From: Candidatus Latescibacterota bacterium
Lineage (GTDB): Bacteria; Latescibacterota; UBA2968; UBA8231
Direction: 5' to 3'
DNA length: 64,000 bases
Assembly (NCBI GenBank): GCA_965203175.1
Contig: OZ241867.1
Location: 5,024,001 to 5,088,000 of the forward strand
Shown here: piece by piece, positions 28,875 through 38,405 of the stretch
How the letters are laid out: each line of letters opens with the position of its first letter
Position numbering within the stretch: position 1 is the stretch's first letter
Program-made: the position numbers and the translations under genes
Notes under the pieces: model-generated
The model's database searches: none
Seen by the model: only the letters and a program-made list of their open reading frames with translations
What the model was told of the DNA's origin: nothing

Positions 28875-29699
28875 ATGGACGAGGAACAGCGCTTCGCTTT
28901 TGACACGTGGGGTTTTCTCACGGTGGAGGATGCAATTACCCCCGAGCAGGTTGCGGCCCTCAAGACGACCGTCGATGCAAAAGGCCCAGAACTCCACTCA
29001 CAGCACGCGGACCGCGGCGGCTTCTGGTCCCAGACTTTCGTCGATTTACTGGACGTTCCGGTGATTTCGGAAATCCTAGCAGAGATCTACGGCGGCCAAC
29101 AACCCGGAGAGCTCCCGCCCTTCCGCATCGACCATATCAACGTGCACACGCACGGCACTTTCAACAAAAATCTCGCCGGGGGGACCATCCACGGCGGCAA
29201 CGGACTCTTGCTAGATCCCAATCGGCCGCACGAGCTGGTCACGCATTACTTCGAGCGCGACCCCGCAAACGGGACGTTTTCCAACGGTCTGGTCACCGTG
29301 GCGTACGAACTAGAGGATACTGTTTGTAACGGGGGTGGGTTCGGCTGTTTGGCGGGCTCGCACAAAGGGCATTACCCCGTCCCAGAAGCGTGGATCGATT
29401 TGTCCAAGAGCGTGCATCCCATGGTCACGCGCGTGCCGGCCCGCGCTGGCACTGCCATTATCTTCACCGAGGCCCTTTTTCACGTCACACTGCCGTGGAC
29501 AGCTCCGAGCACGCGGACCACGCTCTTTTACAAATACATGGAGCGCGGGGAAACCTATTCCGGCCCAGATAACTTTTTCAGCCCAACGGACGCCGACCAA
29601 TGGGAAGGGATCGACGAACGCAAACGCGCAATCCTCGCTCCCCCACCGCAGGCGTTTGTCGAGCGCAAAGCCGAGCTAGCCAAGGCCGCTGCGCAGTGA
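28875..29699 (+). CDS. Phytanoyl-CoA dioxygenase (PhyH)-family Fe/2OG enzyme
   Basis: FDTWGFL, IHGG, LAGSHK, FTEALFH, R-T-T-L-F-Y-K-Y. Confidence 0.85.
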   Translation: MDEEQRFAFDTWGFLTVEDAITPEQVAALKTTVDAKGPELHSQHADRGGFWSQTFVDLLDVPVISEILAEIYGGQQPGELPPFRIDHINVHTHGTFNKNLAGGTIHGGNGLLLDPNRPHELVTHYFERDPANGTFSNGLVTVAYELEDTVCNGGGFGCLAGSHKGHYPVPEAWIDLSKSVHPMVTRVPARAGTAIIFTEALFHVTLPWTAPSTRTTLFYKYMERGETYSGPDNFFSPTDADQWEGIDERKRAILAPPPQAFVERKAELAKAAAQ

Positions 29700-29710
29700 T
29701 CTAGGCCACC

Positions 29711-30889
29711 TCACGCCACCGTCTGAAACCGCTCCCACGCCTCGCCAGCGGCAGCCGCTTGGCGCTCCAACTCACTGCGCCAACCCACGACTTCTCCGGC
29801 TTTAATGCGTTGGACATCAAATCCCGCGTACCGATCTTCGAGCGTATCCCCCAACTTCTGAGTTTCGGCCCAACGATCCCACGCGGTCTGCATCCACTCG
29901 TGCGGCAACGCCTCGCGCACCGCGGGATCGAGTTGCCACGCATTGCGCGCATCCGCCACCGCCGGCTCCCCAGTGAACGGACCCGACCACTTCGACCAGC
30001 CGATGGACAAGGTGTTGCGCTCGCGCTCGGGGACGGTGTGCCCGGTGTGGATCGTGACCCCATTGCGGATAAGGGCTTCCCCGGGCTTGAGCCGGATCGC
30101 CACTTGGCCCGGCAATGGGTCCTTCCTATTCCAACTAGGCGTGTACGGCACCCCTTGGTCCTTCATGGATTGCGGCAAGAGTACATCGTGCTCAAACGGC
30201 GTGCGCCAGCGCTCGTGGCTGCCGGGGATGAGTTCGTGGCACTCGTCGTCAACCAGTGCCAAGAACATGCTCACGCCATTCCGCTCGGTGAGCGACTTGG
30301 CGTTGTTGGCGCGGATTTCTGCCCAGCGGACTTTTTCGACTTCCTCGGAATAATCCTCCGGAGTTTCCCCCCGGTCGTCCCGTTGCGAAAAATAGGGTTT
30401 GCCCTCGCCCCACCACGTCGTGTCGCGGTGCCAACTGGGCCCACTCTCGTGATGCCGGGGATTGCACCACAACAGCATACCGCTCAGCGTCATATCCTCA
30501 GGCCCAAGCCCATCGCACCACGAGGCGACGAAATTGAGGAAATCGTCCGAGCCGTGGAACTCGGCAAAGCAAGGCTCCTCAAAGGCGGGATGGATAAGGC
30601 CCCGAATCGCCCACGGCTCATTGCCGCCCGCGCGATGGACGTAGCCCTTTGAGCAGTCGATCTTGCTGTAACCATGCTCGGGCGCGCAGGCTTCGGTGAC
30701 GCGGCGGCCAGCCTCGCGGAGTACGGGGATCCACGGGTTATCGACAAAGTCGGTGATAATGACGAAACCATGCTCCCGCAAGTGTTCCAACCGCTCGGGC
30801 GTGGCCCCAGGAGCGGCGAGTTCGGGCTTGGAATCGGCAAAAGCTGTGGCGCGGTAGGTCTCCTGTGCCGGAGATTGCTCGGTAGTCAT
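29711..30889 (-). CDS. PhyH-like Fe/2OG dioxygenase
   Basis: EHGFVII, WHRD, IPGSH, LKPGEAL...IHTG, R-N-T-L. Confidence 0.8.
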   Translation of the reverse strand: MTTEQSPAQETYRATAFADSKPELAAPGATPERLEHLREHGFVIITDFVDNPWIPVLREAGRRVTEACAPEHGYSKIDCSKGYVHRAGGNEPWAIRGLIHPAFEEPCFAEFHGSDDFLNFVASWCDGLGPEDMTLSGMLLWCNPRHHESGPSWHRDTTWWGEGKPYFSQRDDRGETPEDYSEEVEKVRWAEIRANNAKSLTERNGVSMFLALVDDECHELIPGSHERWRTPFEHDVLLPQSMKDQGVPYTPSWNRKDPLPGQVAIRLKPGEALIRNGVTIHTGHTVPERERNTLSIGWSKWSGPFTGEPAVADARNAWQLDPAVREALPHEWMQTAWDRWAETQKLGDTLEDRYAGFDVQRIKAGEVVGWRSELERQAAAAGEAWERFQTVA

Positions 30890-31041
30890 TTTGCACCCCC
30901 TCTTTCGGCGGATGGGAAGGTTGACCCTGTTGTCGGGGTTAAGCTACGTTTGGCCTCATTAGCTTGTCAATGAATTTTAACCCCTATAAGTTTTTTCGAT
31001 AACTTAGATATATCAAACTGACAAATCGCAAAGGCAACGGA

Positions 31042-32484
31042 ATGTACAAAATCGCCTCGCTATTCCTCCTAATGCTATGCAGTGCGCCGCTCCACAGCGA
31101 CGAGGTTGTGCACCGAGCCGCCGTGGAAACCATGGTCAAAGCGACGCGCTATTTTCGCGGCCAAGTGGCCACCAACGGCGGTTATCTCTGGCTCTACCAA
31201 AGCGACTTTACCCGGCGCGAAGGAGAAGGTATCGCGTCGCCGACCACCATCTGGGTCCAGCCCCCGGGCACCCCGTCGGTCGGCATGGCGTTCCTCCGGG
31301 CTTACGACGCCACTGGCGATACCCTCTTCCTCAACGGCGCGGTCGAGGCAGCGCAAGCCTTGGTCTGGGGGCAACTAGCCTCGGGCGGTTGGGATTACCG
31401 GATCGACTTTGCCCCAGAGAAGAGCAAAAACTGGCACTATCGGCGCGATGTCGAACAGGGCGACCGCACAACCGGTAAACGCCGCAACCGCACCACCTTG
31501 GACGACGACAATACGCAGAGCGCCCTGCGCTTGCTCATGCAGGTCGATCAGCGCCTCGATTTTGCCAATGCGGACGTACACCGCGCCGTCCTCTACGGAC
31601 TGGAGTCCCTGCTCAAAGCCCAATACCCCAACGGCGCTTGGCCCCAGCGCTACAGCGAATGGGCCGATCTCAGCCAATTCCCCGTCCAGCAGGCGCGCTA
31701 TCCAGCAAGTTGGTCCCGCCAGTATCCCAAACAGCGCTACCTTGCTTATTACACCTTTAACGACAACGCCATCGCCGATGTCATTGAGACCATGATCGAG
31801 GCGCACAAAATCTACGGCGACGAGCGCTGGCGACGGGCAGCCGAACGAGGCGGTGATTTCATCATCCTGGCCCAGATGCCCGATCCACAGCCAGCTTGGG
31901 CGCAGCAGTACAATTTGGCGATGGAGCCGGCTTGGGCGCGCAGATTTGAGCCGCCCGCCATCACCGGCGGCGAGAGTTTTGGCGTGATGCAAATCCTGTT
32001 GGAACTCTATCTCGCATACGGCGAGCCGCGCTTTCTCGAACCTATTCCCCGCGCCTTGGCCTGGGCTAAAGCAGCGCAATTGCCCGATGGGCGCATGGCC
32101 CGGTTCTACGAATTGCAGACCAACCGGCCGCTCTACTTTACCAAAGAATACGCGCTCACCTACAGCGATGCAGACCTGCCGACGCACTATGCCTTTAAAG
32201 TGGGCAACCGCACGGGTCGCATTGAAAGCCTGTACCAGCGCATCCGCAAAGAAGGTCGCGAAACCATCCTAGCCGAACGCGCCCAAGTGCGCCCGGTCGC
32301 TGAGGAACGGATCCAAGCCATTATCGACGCCCTCGACGCAGAGGGGCGCTGGCTAGAAGAAGGTTTTCTGCGCAACCCCGAAGACCGCCACGCACCCATC
32401 GTCGCCGAGGTCATATCCTGCCGCACCTTCAACCAAAACCTCACCCTTCTATCTCAATACGTGGCCAGCCGGAATCGGCCGTGA
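31042..32484 (+). CDS. Secreted PL10-like pectate lyase
   Basis: Signal peptide. TLDDDNT, AQYPNGAWPQ, TFNDNAI, WAQQY, AWARRFEP, ARFYEL. Confidence 0.85.
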   Translation: MYKIASLFLLMLCSAPLHSDEVVHRAAVETMVKATRYFRGQVATNGGYLWLYQSDFTRREGEGIASPTTIWVQPPGTPSVGMAFLRAYDATGDTLFLNGAVEAAQALVWGQLASGGWDYRIDFAPEKSKNWHYRRDVEQGDRTTGKRRNRTTLDDDNTQSALRLLMQVDQRLDFANADVHRAVLYGLESLLKAQYPNGAWPQRYSEWADLSQFPVQQARYPASWSRQYPKQRYLAYYTFNDNAIADVIETMIEAHKIYGDERWRRAAERGGDFIILAQMPDPQPAWAQQYNLAMEPAWARRFEPPAITGGESFGVMQILLELYLAYGEPRFLEPIPRALAWAKAAQLPDGRMARFYELQTNRPLYFTKEYALTYSDADLPTHYAFKVGNRTGRIESLYQRIRKEGRETILAERAQVRPVAEERIQAIIDALDAEGRWLEEGFLRNPEDRHAPIVAEVISCRTFNQNLTLLSQYVASRNRP

Positions 32485-32600
32485 TGTATGCTGGCACTAG
32501 CGGAGACTTTTGGGTTCGTAGAAAACACGTTGTAAGGTGGATAGAATCGGGCATATCTTACTGAATATCAATTATATCTTCTAATAGAGAGGAAGCCATT

Positions 32601-33614
32601 ATGAAGTGTCTGATCGCAGTACTCACGCTGGGACTAGCCAGCCTCTCGCCCGCCATGGCCCAAGACCCAGAGCGCCCTAAGGTAACGGCGAGTGAGGTGG
32701 TGGACCGGGAAACATTGAAGGCTTTTGTAGAAGGAGGAAAAGAATACCTAGAGGGTGTCAGGACTATTACCGCAACCGCGAAATTGCGGGACATCTTCAG
32801 AGCCGAGGGGGATTGGAAATCCGGCTCCACGTTCCTCGTGATACTGATCAAAAACGGTGCCGTTCTCCTGCACGGGGGCGATCCCGCAATAGACAACGAA
32901 GTCCTGATTGATGTCAAAGACGGCAAGGGCAAGAAAGTCGTGCAAGAACTCCTCGCCGCGGCTAGCCGAGGCGGCGATTTTGTCGAATACTATTGGGACG
33001 ATCCAGCGGTAGAAGGGGACGCCAATCCCAAGGTAAGCTACGCGGTCGAATATATCTCCGGTCTATTTGGCAAGCCCCTTGTCTTGATCGGAGGCTATCA
33101 TCAGGATGTGTCCAATGTGGTCACTGGAATACCGGAGATGGCACGCCCCGAGGTAACGGCCAGTGAGGTGGTGGACCGGGAAACCCTGAAGACCTTTGTA
33201 AAGGCGGCGGCCCAAACCTATCGCGAGGCTATGCTTGGCAAATTCAGTGAGCACACATACGTAAAGAAGGCATTCAGGATGGAGGGGAGCGATTGGAAGG
33301 CCGGCTCCATCTACACCTTCATCATGAGCAGCGACGGTTACGTGCTCTTTCACGGAGCCGATCCATCCCGAGAGGGCAGAATCGCGCTCGATCTCGAAGA
33401 CAGCTATGGTGTCAAAATCGTAAAACGGCTCATCGATGCCGCCACCGCGGGAGGCGGCTATGTCGAGTATCACTACAATGATCCAACAGTGGTAGGAGAC
33501 GAAGCCTTCGGCTCGCCCAAGCTGACCTACGCCGAAGGCTTCCAGCTGCCAGACAGGGACCAACTTTTTATCCTTTGTGCCGGCATTTATCTGGAGTCCG
33601 CTACGGCCGATTGA
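32601..33614 (+). CDS. Secreted tandem Cache-domain protein (2 modules, no tail)
   Basis: Signal peptide. Two VTASEVVDRETLK...GGxFVEYYWDDP...PKxSY modules. No TM or HAMP. Confidence 0.85.
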   Translation: MKCLIAVLTLGLASLSPAMAQDPERPKVTASEVVDRETLKAFVEGGKEYLEGVRTITATAKLRDIFRAEGDWKSGSTFLVILIKNGAVLLHGGDPAIDNEVLIDVKDGKGKKVVQELLAAASRGGDFVEYYWDDPAVEGDANPKVSYAVEYISGLFGKPLVLIGGYHQDVSNVVTGIPEMARPEVTASEVVDRETLKTFVKAAAQTYREAMLGKFSEHTYVKKAFRMEGSDWKAGSIYTFIMSSDGYVLFHGADPSREGRIALDLEDSYGVKIVKRLIDAATAGGGYVEYHYNDPTVVGDEAFGSPKLTYAEGFQLPDRDQLFILCAGIYLESATAD

Positions 33615-33659
33615 AGGCCGCTCTTCGGATCTGCGTCTCGCTAAAGGAAGGAGAACCTT

Positions 33660-34715
33660 GTGAAGCGTCTGACCGCAGCGTTCATTCTGGGGCTAGCCAG
33701 CCTCTTCCCCACCGCACATCCCGCCGTGGCCCAAGCCCCGGAGGTAACCGCCAGCGAGGTGGTGGATCGGGAAACCCTGCAAGCCTTTGTCGAAGCAGCA
33801 AAGGCATCCTTAGAGAGCGCCGCTAACTTCTCTGAGGTTGCCAGCTTGGTGGAAGCATTCAGAAGCGAGGGGGATTGGAAGGCTGGCTCGATGTACCTCG
33901 TCGTACTGACCCTCGAAGGTCTGGTACAATTTCACGGGGCCGATGTGACATTTGAGGACAAAAACGTGCTTGATCTCGAAGATGCCAAGGGCGTCAAAGT
34001 TGTCCAAGAAATCCTCTCCGCAGCCGCAGCGGGTGGCGGCTTTGTCGAGTATTATTGGGACGATCCAGCGGTGGAAGAAGATGACGATTCGCCCAAGCTA
34101 ACTTACGCTGTTTCTGCTACCATACGCGGACAGGAGTTTATCGTAGCCGCCGGCTTCCACATGGATCTGTCCAGCATTGACGCCGAGCCAACCATTTTTG
34201 ATATCTTAGAGGTTACAGCCCAGGATGTGAAAGACCGAGAAACCCTGAAAGCCTTTGTAGAGGGGCTGAGAGTTCTCATTCCCATTATTGAGGAAAAGGG
34301 TTATCCCTACCTAGCGACCGTCCAAGCTGCAATCCGAACCGAGGGGGAGGATTTCAAGCATGGCTCTATCTACATCTTTGTCCTGAGTACCGACGGTGTG
34401 GTGATCTTTCACGGGACCGCCGACCCGAGCTTCTATGGGCAAAATGTGATGGATGTCGAAGATGTCCATGGAGTCAAAATTGTCCAAGAGCTCATTGCCG
34501 CAGCCTTAGCGGGCGGCGGTTTTGTCAAGTATTATTGGGACAATCCGGCGGTAGAAGGCGATGAAGACACCCAATCGCCCAAGTTGAGCTACGTGATCCC
34601 AATCGACATATTCAATCAGGTTTTCGTCGTAGGCGCTGGTATCTATCTGGATCCCGCCACGGCGGTGGAAGGCCAGTCTTGGGGACAACTCAAAAGCCAC
34701 TTCTCAAATCTGTAA
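33660..34715 (+). CDS. Secreted tandem Cache-domain protein with SWGQLK tail
   Basis: GTG start with AAGGAG SD, two modules, ends TAVEGQSWGQLKSHFSNL. Confidence 0.87.
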   Translation: MKRLTAAFILGLASLFPTAHPAVAQAPEVTASEVVDRETLQAFVEAAKASLESAANFSEVASLVEAFRSEGDWKAGSMYLVVLTLEGLVQFHGADVTFEDKNVLDLEDAKGVKVVQEILSAAAAGGGFVEYYWDDPAVEEDDDSPKLTYAVSATIRGQEFIVAAGFHMDLSSIDAEPTIFDILEVTAQDVKDRETLKAFVEGLRVLIPIIEEKGYPYLATVQAAIRTEGEDFKHGSIYIFVLSTDGVVIFHGTADPSFYGQNVMDVEDVHGVKIVQELIAAALAGGGFVKYYWDNPAVEGDEDTQSPKLSYVIPIDIFNQVFVVGAGIYLDPATAVEGQSWGQLKSHFSNL

Positions 34716-34720
34716 CAAAA

Positions 34721-35202
34721 GTTACAGACCTCGAAAGCCTCCGAGCTTTTGTAATAGGGGCGCTTCAGACCTATGTCGCCGCATTGCAGGAGCATGGCGT
34801 CGAGCGCTATAGGGACACCTGAACGTCCTCAGAGCAGAAGAAGGAGATTGGCGGCATGGTTCCATCTACCTATTTATCTTTGCCACTAACGGATACGTGA
34901 TTTTTCATGCCGCGGATCGGACGCGCGAAGCTCGGAATGCAATCGACCTTGAGGACATCAACGGGTTCAAGATAGTCCAAGAAATGATCAAGGTAGCTAA
35001 GGCGGGGGGCGGCTACCTCGAATACTACTACAACGATCCGATAATAATAGGCGACGAAGACACTGGTTCGCCCAAAATTAGTTACGTCGCATCCTTTACT
35101 ACGAGAAGTGGCCGGGAGATTATCGTCGGTGCCGGGTTATATACGGGAGCCGCCACAGCGGTGGAAGAACCGTCTTGGGGACAGCTCAAAAGTGACTTTT
35201 AG
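34721..35202 (+). pseudogene. 5'-truncated, frameshifted Cache-module gene
   Basis: VTDLESLRAFV...RDT* in frame 2 (TGA 34820-34822) continues in frame 1 as LNVLRAEEGDWRHGSIYLF...TAVEEPSWGQLKSDF. No signal peptide. Confidence 0.8.
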
Positions 35203-35249
35203 AAGGCAAGATACGTATTGCGCTAAATGCGAAAGCATTAGCTAGCATA

Positions 35250-35308
35250 AGAAGCCGTCTGAGAATTCGCAGTGCCGAGCAAGCGCCGGGAATTTTCAGA
35301 CGGCTTCT
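35250..35308. other. 19 bp-arm inverted repeat (hairpin; terminator or structured leader)
   Basis: AGAAGCCGTCTGAGAATTC (35250-35268) / GAATTTTCAGACGGCTTCT (35290-35308), one G-U pair. Confidence 0.7.
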
Positions 35309-35356
35309 CCGTTTGCTGCGCCGCAAATGTTAGACGACAATAAGAGGAGATTTCCC

Positions 35357-36754
35357 ATGGCACCGCTTTCCCCCCGCGTCACCGCCACGCTAGCCAATGC
35401 TTCAGAGCACCGTAGCATCGCCTTCGAGTACCAGCAAACGCCCGTCTACTACAAGCCCGTCACCGTTGAAGCCCCCCTCGACGAAAAGGGCTGCCTCGCG
35501 GTGGAACTGCCGTTTACTGAAGCACAAATGGCTTCGGTCGATCTCGGCGATGAGGTCAAGCTCTTCTTGGAACCGGGCGACCAGTTGCACATCGACGCGG
35601 ATTTGCTCGACCTCCCTCAGTCCCTCCGCTTTTCCAGCCAAGCCGCGGCCAACAACCAGTTTCTCGCTGCTCTGCGGTCCCGTTTCCCTGATTACCTACG
35701 CATTGACTACAAGGACTTGGAGGTCGATGCCTTTCGCAAAATAATTGACCAGCGGCGCTTGGAATTGGAGTCCTTTTTGGACGAGGGGTGCAGCCAGTAC
35801 CAACTCTCCCCAGGTTTTATCACCTACTATCGCGCTAAAATTACCTATGAATGGGCCGAACAAATGGTCTCTTATTGGATCGGTTACTATATGCAAAACG
35901 GACGGGAGCGCCCAGTCCTTCCCGCGGACTATTACGATGTCCTCGATCAAGTCAAACTCGTTGACGAAGTGGCTATCGGCATCTCCCATTACCAAAACTT
36001 TCTGGAGTACAATTTCGATCGTCTAGAAGACGAAGCCTATGAGCGCGCCCAACGCGAGCAACTATCCGAAGAGCAGTGCCGAGACCTGCTTGAAACCTAC
36101 ACCCGCTACAATCAGGCCAAGCGGCTCTTGCACGGCAAAGTCCTGTACTTCTTGCTCGCCGGGGAAATCGTCAGTGACTTTCAATGGGGCCATTTTGACC
36201 AAGGTGAACAACGCCTAGCCGAATTCCTCCAAGACAACCCCTATCCCGAATACACCGAAGTAGTAGAGGAGGTCGTGCGGAAAGCATCCAAGCTCAAACC
36301 CGGCCAGCCCGCGCCCGACTTCACCCTCGACGATCTGCAAGGCCAAAGCGTCTCCCTGAGCGATTTTAGAGGCCAAGCGGTTTTCCTAGACTTTTGGGCG
36401 AGTTGGTGCGGCCCCTGCATCGAAGATTTGCCCCATCTGGCAAAGATCAAACAGCAGGCCCAGAACCAGAAAATCGTCTTCCTGAGTATCTCCTTGGACG
36501 CCAGCGTCAAGCAGTGGTGCCAAGCGGTGGAGGCGCACACACTGACCGGCGTCCACGTCCACGCCCCGGGCGGCTGGCAGGCGGCAGTGGCTCAATTGTA
36601 CCAAGTCCGGAGCATACCCTCCTATTTCTTGGTGGGGCCAGACGGCCGGATGGATGGCCGTGTTGACGATGTCGAGGAGGTCGAGGAGGTGGTCAGCCGC
36701 ATTGAGGAGGTGCTGTCTGGGAAGGTGCCGTCGTCAAAAGGGACAGACGATTGA
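35357..36754 (+). CDS. TlpA-like thioredoxin-domain protein, copy 1
   Basis: PGQPAPDFTL, LDFWASWCGPC, IPSYFLVGPDG. ATG at 35357 with GAGGAG SD. Confidence 0.9.
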   Translation: MAPLSPRVTATLANASEHRSIAFEYQQTPVYYKPVTVEAPLDEKGCLAVELPFTEAQMASVDLGDEVKLFLEPGDQLHIDADLLDLPQSLRFSSQAAANNQFLAALRSRFPDYLRIDYKDLEVDAFRKIIDQRRLELESFLDEGCSQYQLSPGFITYYRAKITYEWAEQMVSYWIGYYMQNGRERPVLPADYYDVLDQVKLVDEVAIGISHYQNFLEYNFDRLEDEAYERAQREQLSEEQCRDLLETYTRYNQAKRLLHGKVLYFLLAGEIVSDFQWGHFDQGEQRLAEFLQDNPYPEYTEVVEEVVRKASKLKPGQPAPDFTLDDLQGQSVSLSDFRGQAVFLDFWASWCGPCIEDLPHLAKIKQQAQNQKIVFLSISLDASVKQWCQAVEAHTLTGVHVHAPGGWQAAVAQLYQVRSIPSYFLVGPDGRMDGRVDDVEEVEEVVSRIEEVLSGKVPSSKGTDD

Positions 36755-36851
36755 GGGTGTTCATCCGGGGTAATTCCATTAGAGGCTTCTGGGGAGGGCG
36801 ACTTTTACAAGAGCCGCTAGGCCGCTACATGATGTATGAGAGGAGCTTTTC

Positions 36852-38330
36852 ATGGCACTGCTTTCCACCCACGTCACCGCCACCCTAGCCAATGCTTCAG
36901 AGCGCCGCAGCATTGCCTTCGAGTACCAGAAAACACCCGTCTACTATACGCCCGTCACCATCGAAACTCCCCTCGACGAAAAGGGCTGCCTCGCGGTAGA
37001 ACTGCCGTTTACTGAAGCGCAAATGGTTTCGGTCGATCTCGACGATGAGGTCAAGCTTTTCTTGGAACCGGGCGACCAGTTGCACATTGACGCGGATTTG
37101 CTCGACCTCCCTCAGTCCCTCCGCTTTTCCAGCCAAGCCGCGGCCAACAACCAGTTTCTCGCTGCTCTGCGGTCCCGTTTCCCCGATTACTTACGCATCG
37201 ACTACAAAGACCTAGAGGTCGATGCCTTTCGCAAAATAATTGACCAGCGGCGTTCGGAATTGGAGCGCTTTTTGGACGGGGGTTGCAGCCAGTACCAACT
37301 CACGCCCGCTTTCGTCGATTACTATCGTGCTGAAATCACCTATGAATGGACCAACGAGATAGTCTCATATCCGTGGCAAAGCGGACGGAAGCGTCTAGGC
37401 CTCCCCGCGGACTATTACGACATCCTCGATCAAGTCGAACTCGTTGACGAAGCGGCTATCGGCACTACCCATTACGGTGATTTTTTGTGGGAAAATTTCT
37501 TGCGTATAGTAGACGAAGCCTATGAGCGAGCCGAACGAGAGCAACTATCCGAGGAGGAACGCCGAGCCTTTATCCAACCCCACACCATCGCGTATCTGCC
37601 AGACTTCATTGTGCGGTTGGACGAAGAGCAGCGCCTAGGAGACTTAATCCAACCCCACACTATCATCTATCCCTTAGCCAAGCGGCTCTTACACGGCAAA
37701 GTCCTATATTTCTTTCTCGCCGGTACAATCGTCATGGACTTTCAACACGGCCGTTTTAACCAAGGCAAACAACGCCTAGCCGAATTCCTCCAAGACAACC
37801 CCTATCCCGAATACACCGAGGTCGTCGAAGAAGTCGTACCAGGAGCATCCAAACTCAAACCCGGCCAGCCCGCGCCCGACTTCACCCTCGACGATCTGCA
37901 AGGTCAAAGCGTCTCCCTGAGCGATTTCAGAGGCCAAGCGGTTTTCCTGGACTTTTGGTCGAATGGGTGCAGCCCGTGCATCGAAGATTTTCCCTATCTA
38001 GAAAAGATCAAACAACAGAGCCAGAGCCAGAAAGTCGTCTTCCTGAGTATCTCCTTGGACTCCGACGCTACGTGGCACCAAGCAGTGGAGGAGCACGGCC
38101 TGACCGGCGTCCACGTTCGCTCCCCAGGCGGCTGGCAGTCGGAGGTGGCTCAATTGTACCAGGTCCGAGACATACCCTTCTATCTCCTAGTGGGACCAGA
38201 CGGCCGGATAGATGGCCGCGTTGACGATGTCGAGGAGGTCGAGGAGGTGGTCAGCCGCATTGAGGAGGTGGCGTCTGGGAAGGTACCGTCGTCAAAAAGC
38301 AAACGCTCGGAAATGTTTTTCAGCGGGTAG
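36852..38330 (+). CDS. TlpA-like thioredoxin-domain protein, copy 2
   Basis: Paralogue of copy 1. Active site LDFWSNGCSPC. Confidence 0.9.
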   Translation: MALLSTHVTATLANASERRSIAFEYQKTPVYYTPVTIETPLDEKGCLAVELPFTEAQMVSVDLDDEVKLFLEPGDQLHIDADLLDLPQSLRFSSQAAANNQFLAALRSRFPDYLRIDYKDLEVDAFRKIIDQRRSELERFLDGGCSQYQLTPAFVDYYRAEITYEWTNEIVSYPWQSGRKRLGLPADYYDILDQVELVDEAAIGTTHYGDFLWENFLRIVDEAYERAEREQLSEEERRAFIQPHTIAYLPDFIVRLDEEQRLGDLIQPHTIIYPLAKRLLHGKVLYFFLAGTIVMDFQHGRFNQGKQRLAEFLQDNPYPEYTEVVEEVVPGASKLKPGQPAPDFTLDDLQGQSVSLSDFRGQAVFLDFWSNGCSPCIEDFPYLEKIKQQSQSQKVVFLSISLDSDATWHQAVEEHGLTGVHVRSPGGWQSEVAQLYQVRDIPFYLLVGPDGRIDGRVDDVEEVEEVVSRIEEVASGKVPSSKSKRSEMFFSG

Positions 38331-38405
38331 TTGCATTGGGGGCTTCCGGGAGGAGACTTTTACAGGGATTGCTAGGCCGCTACATCTATATGAGAGGAGA
38401 TTTTC

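Noticed and set aside
35254-35304. Neisseria-type DNA uptake sequence (GCCGTCTGAA) within the hairpin arms
   Set aside because: Too rare in the window to be an uptake-sequence system. Probably coincidental.
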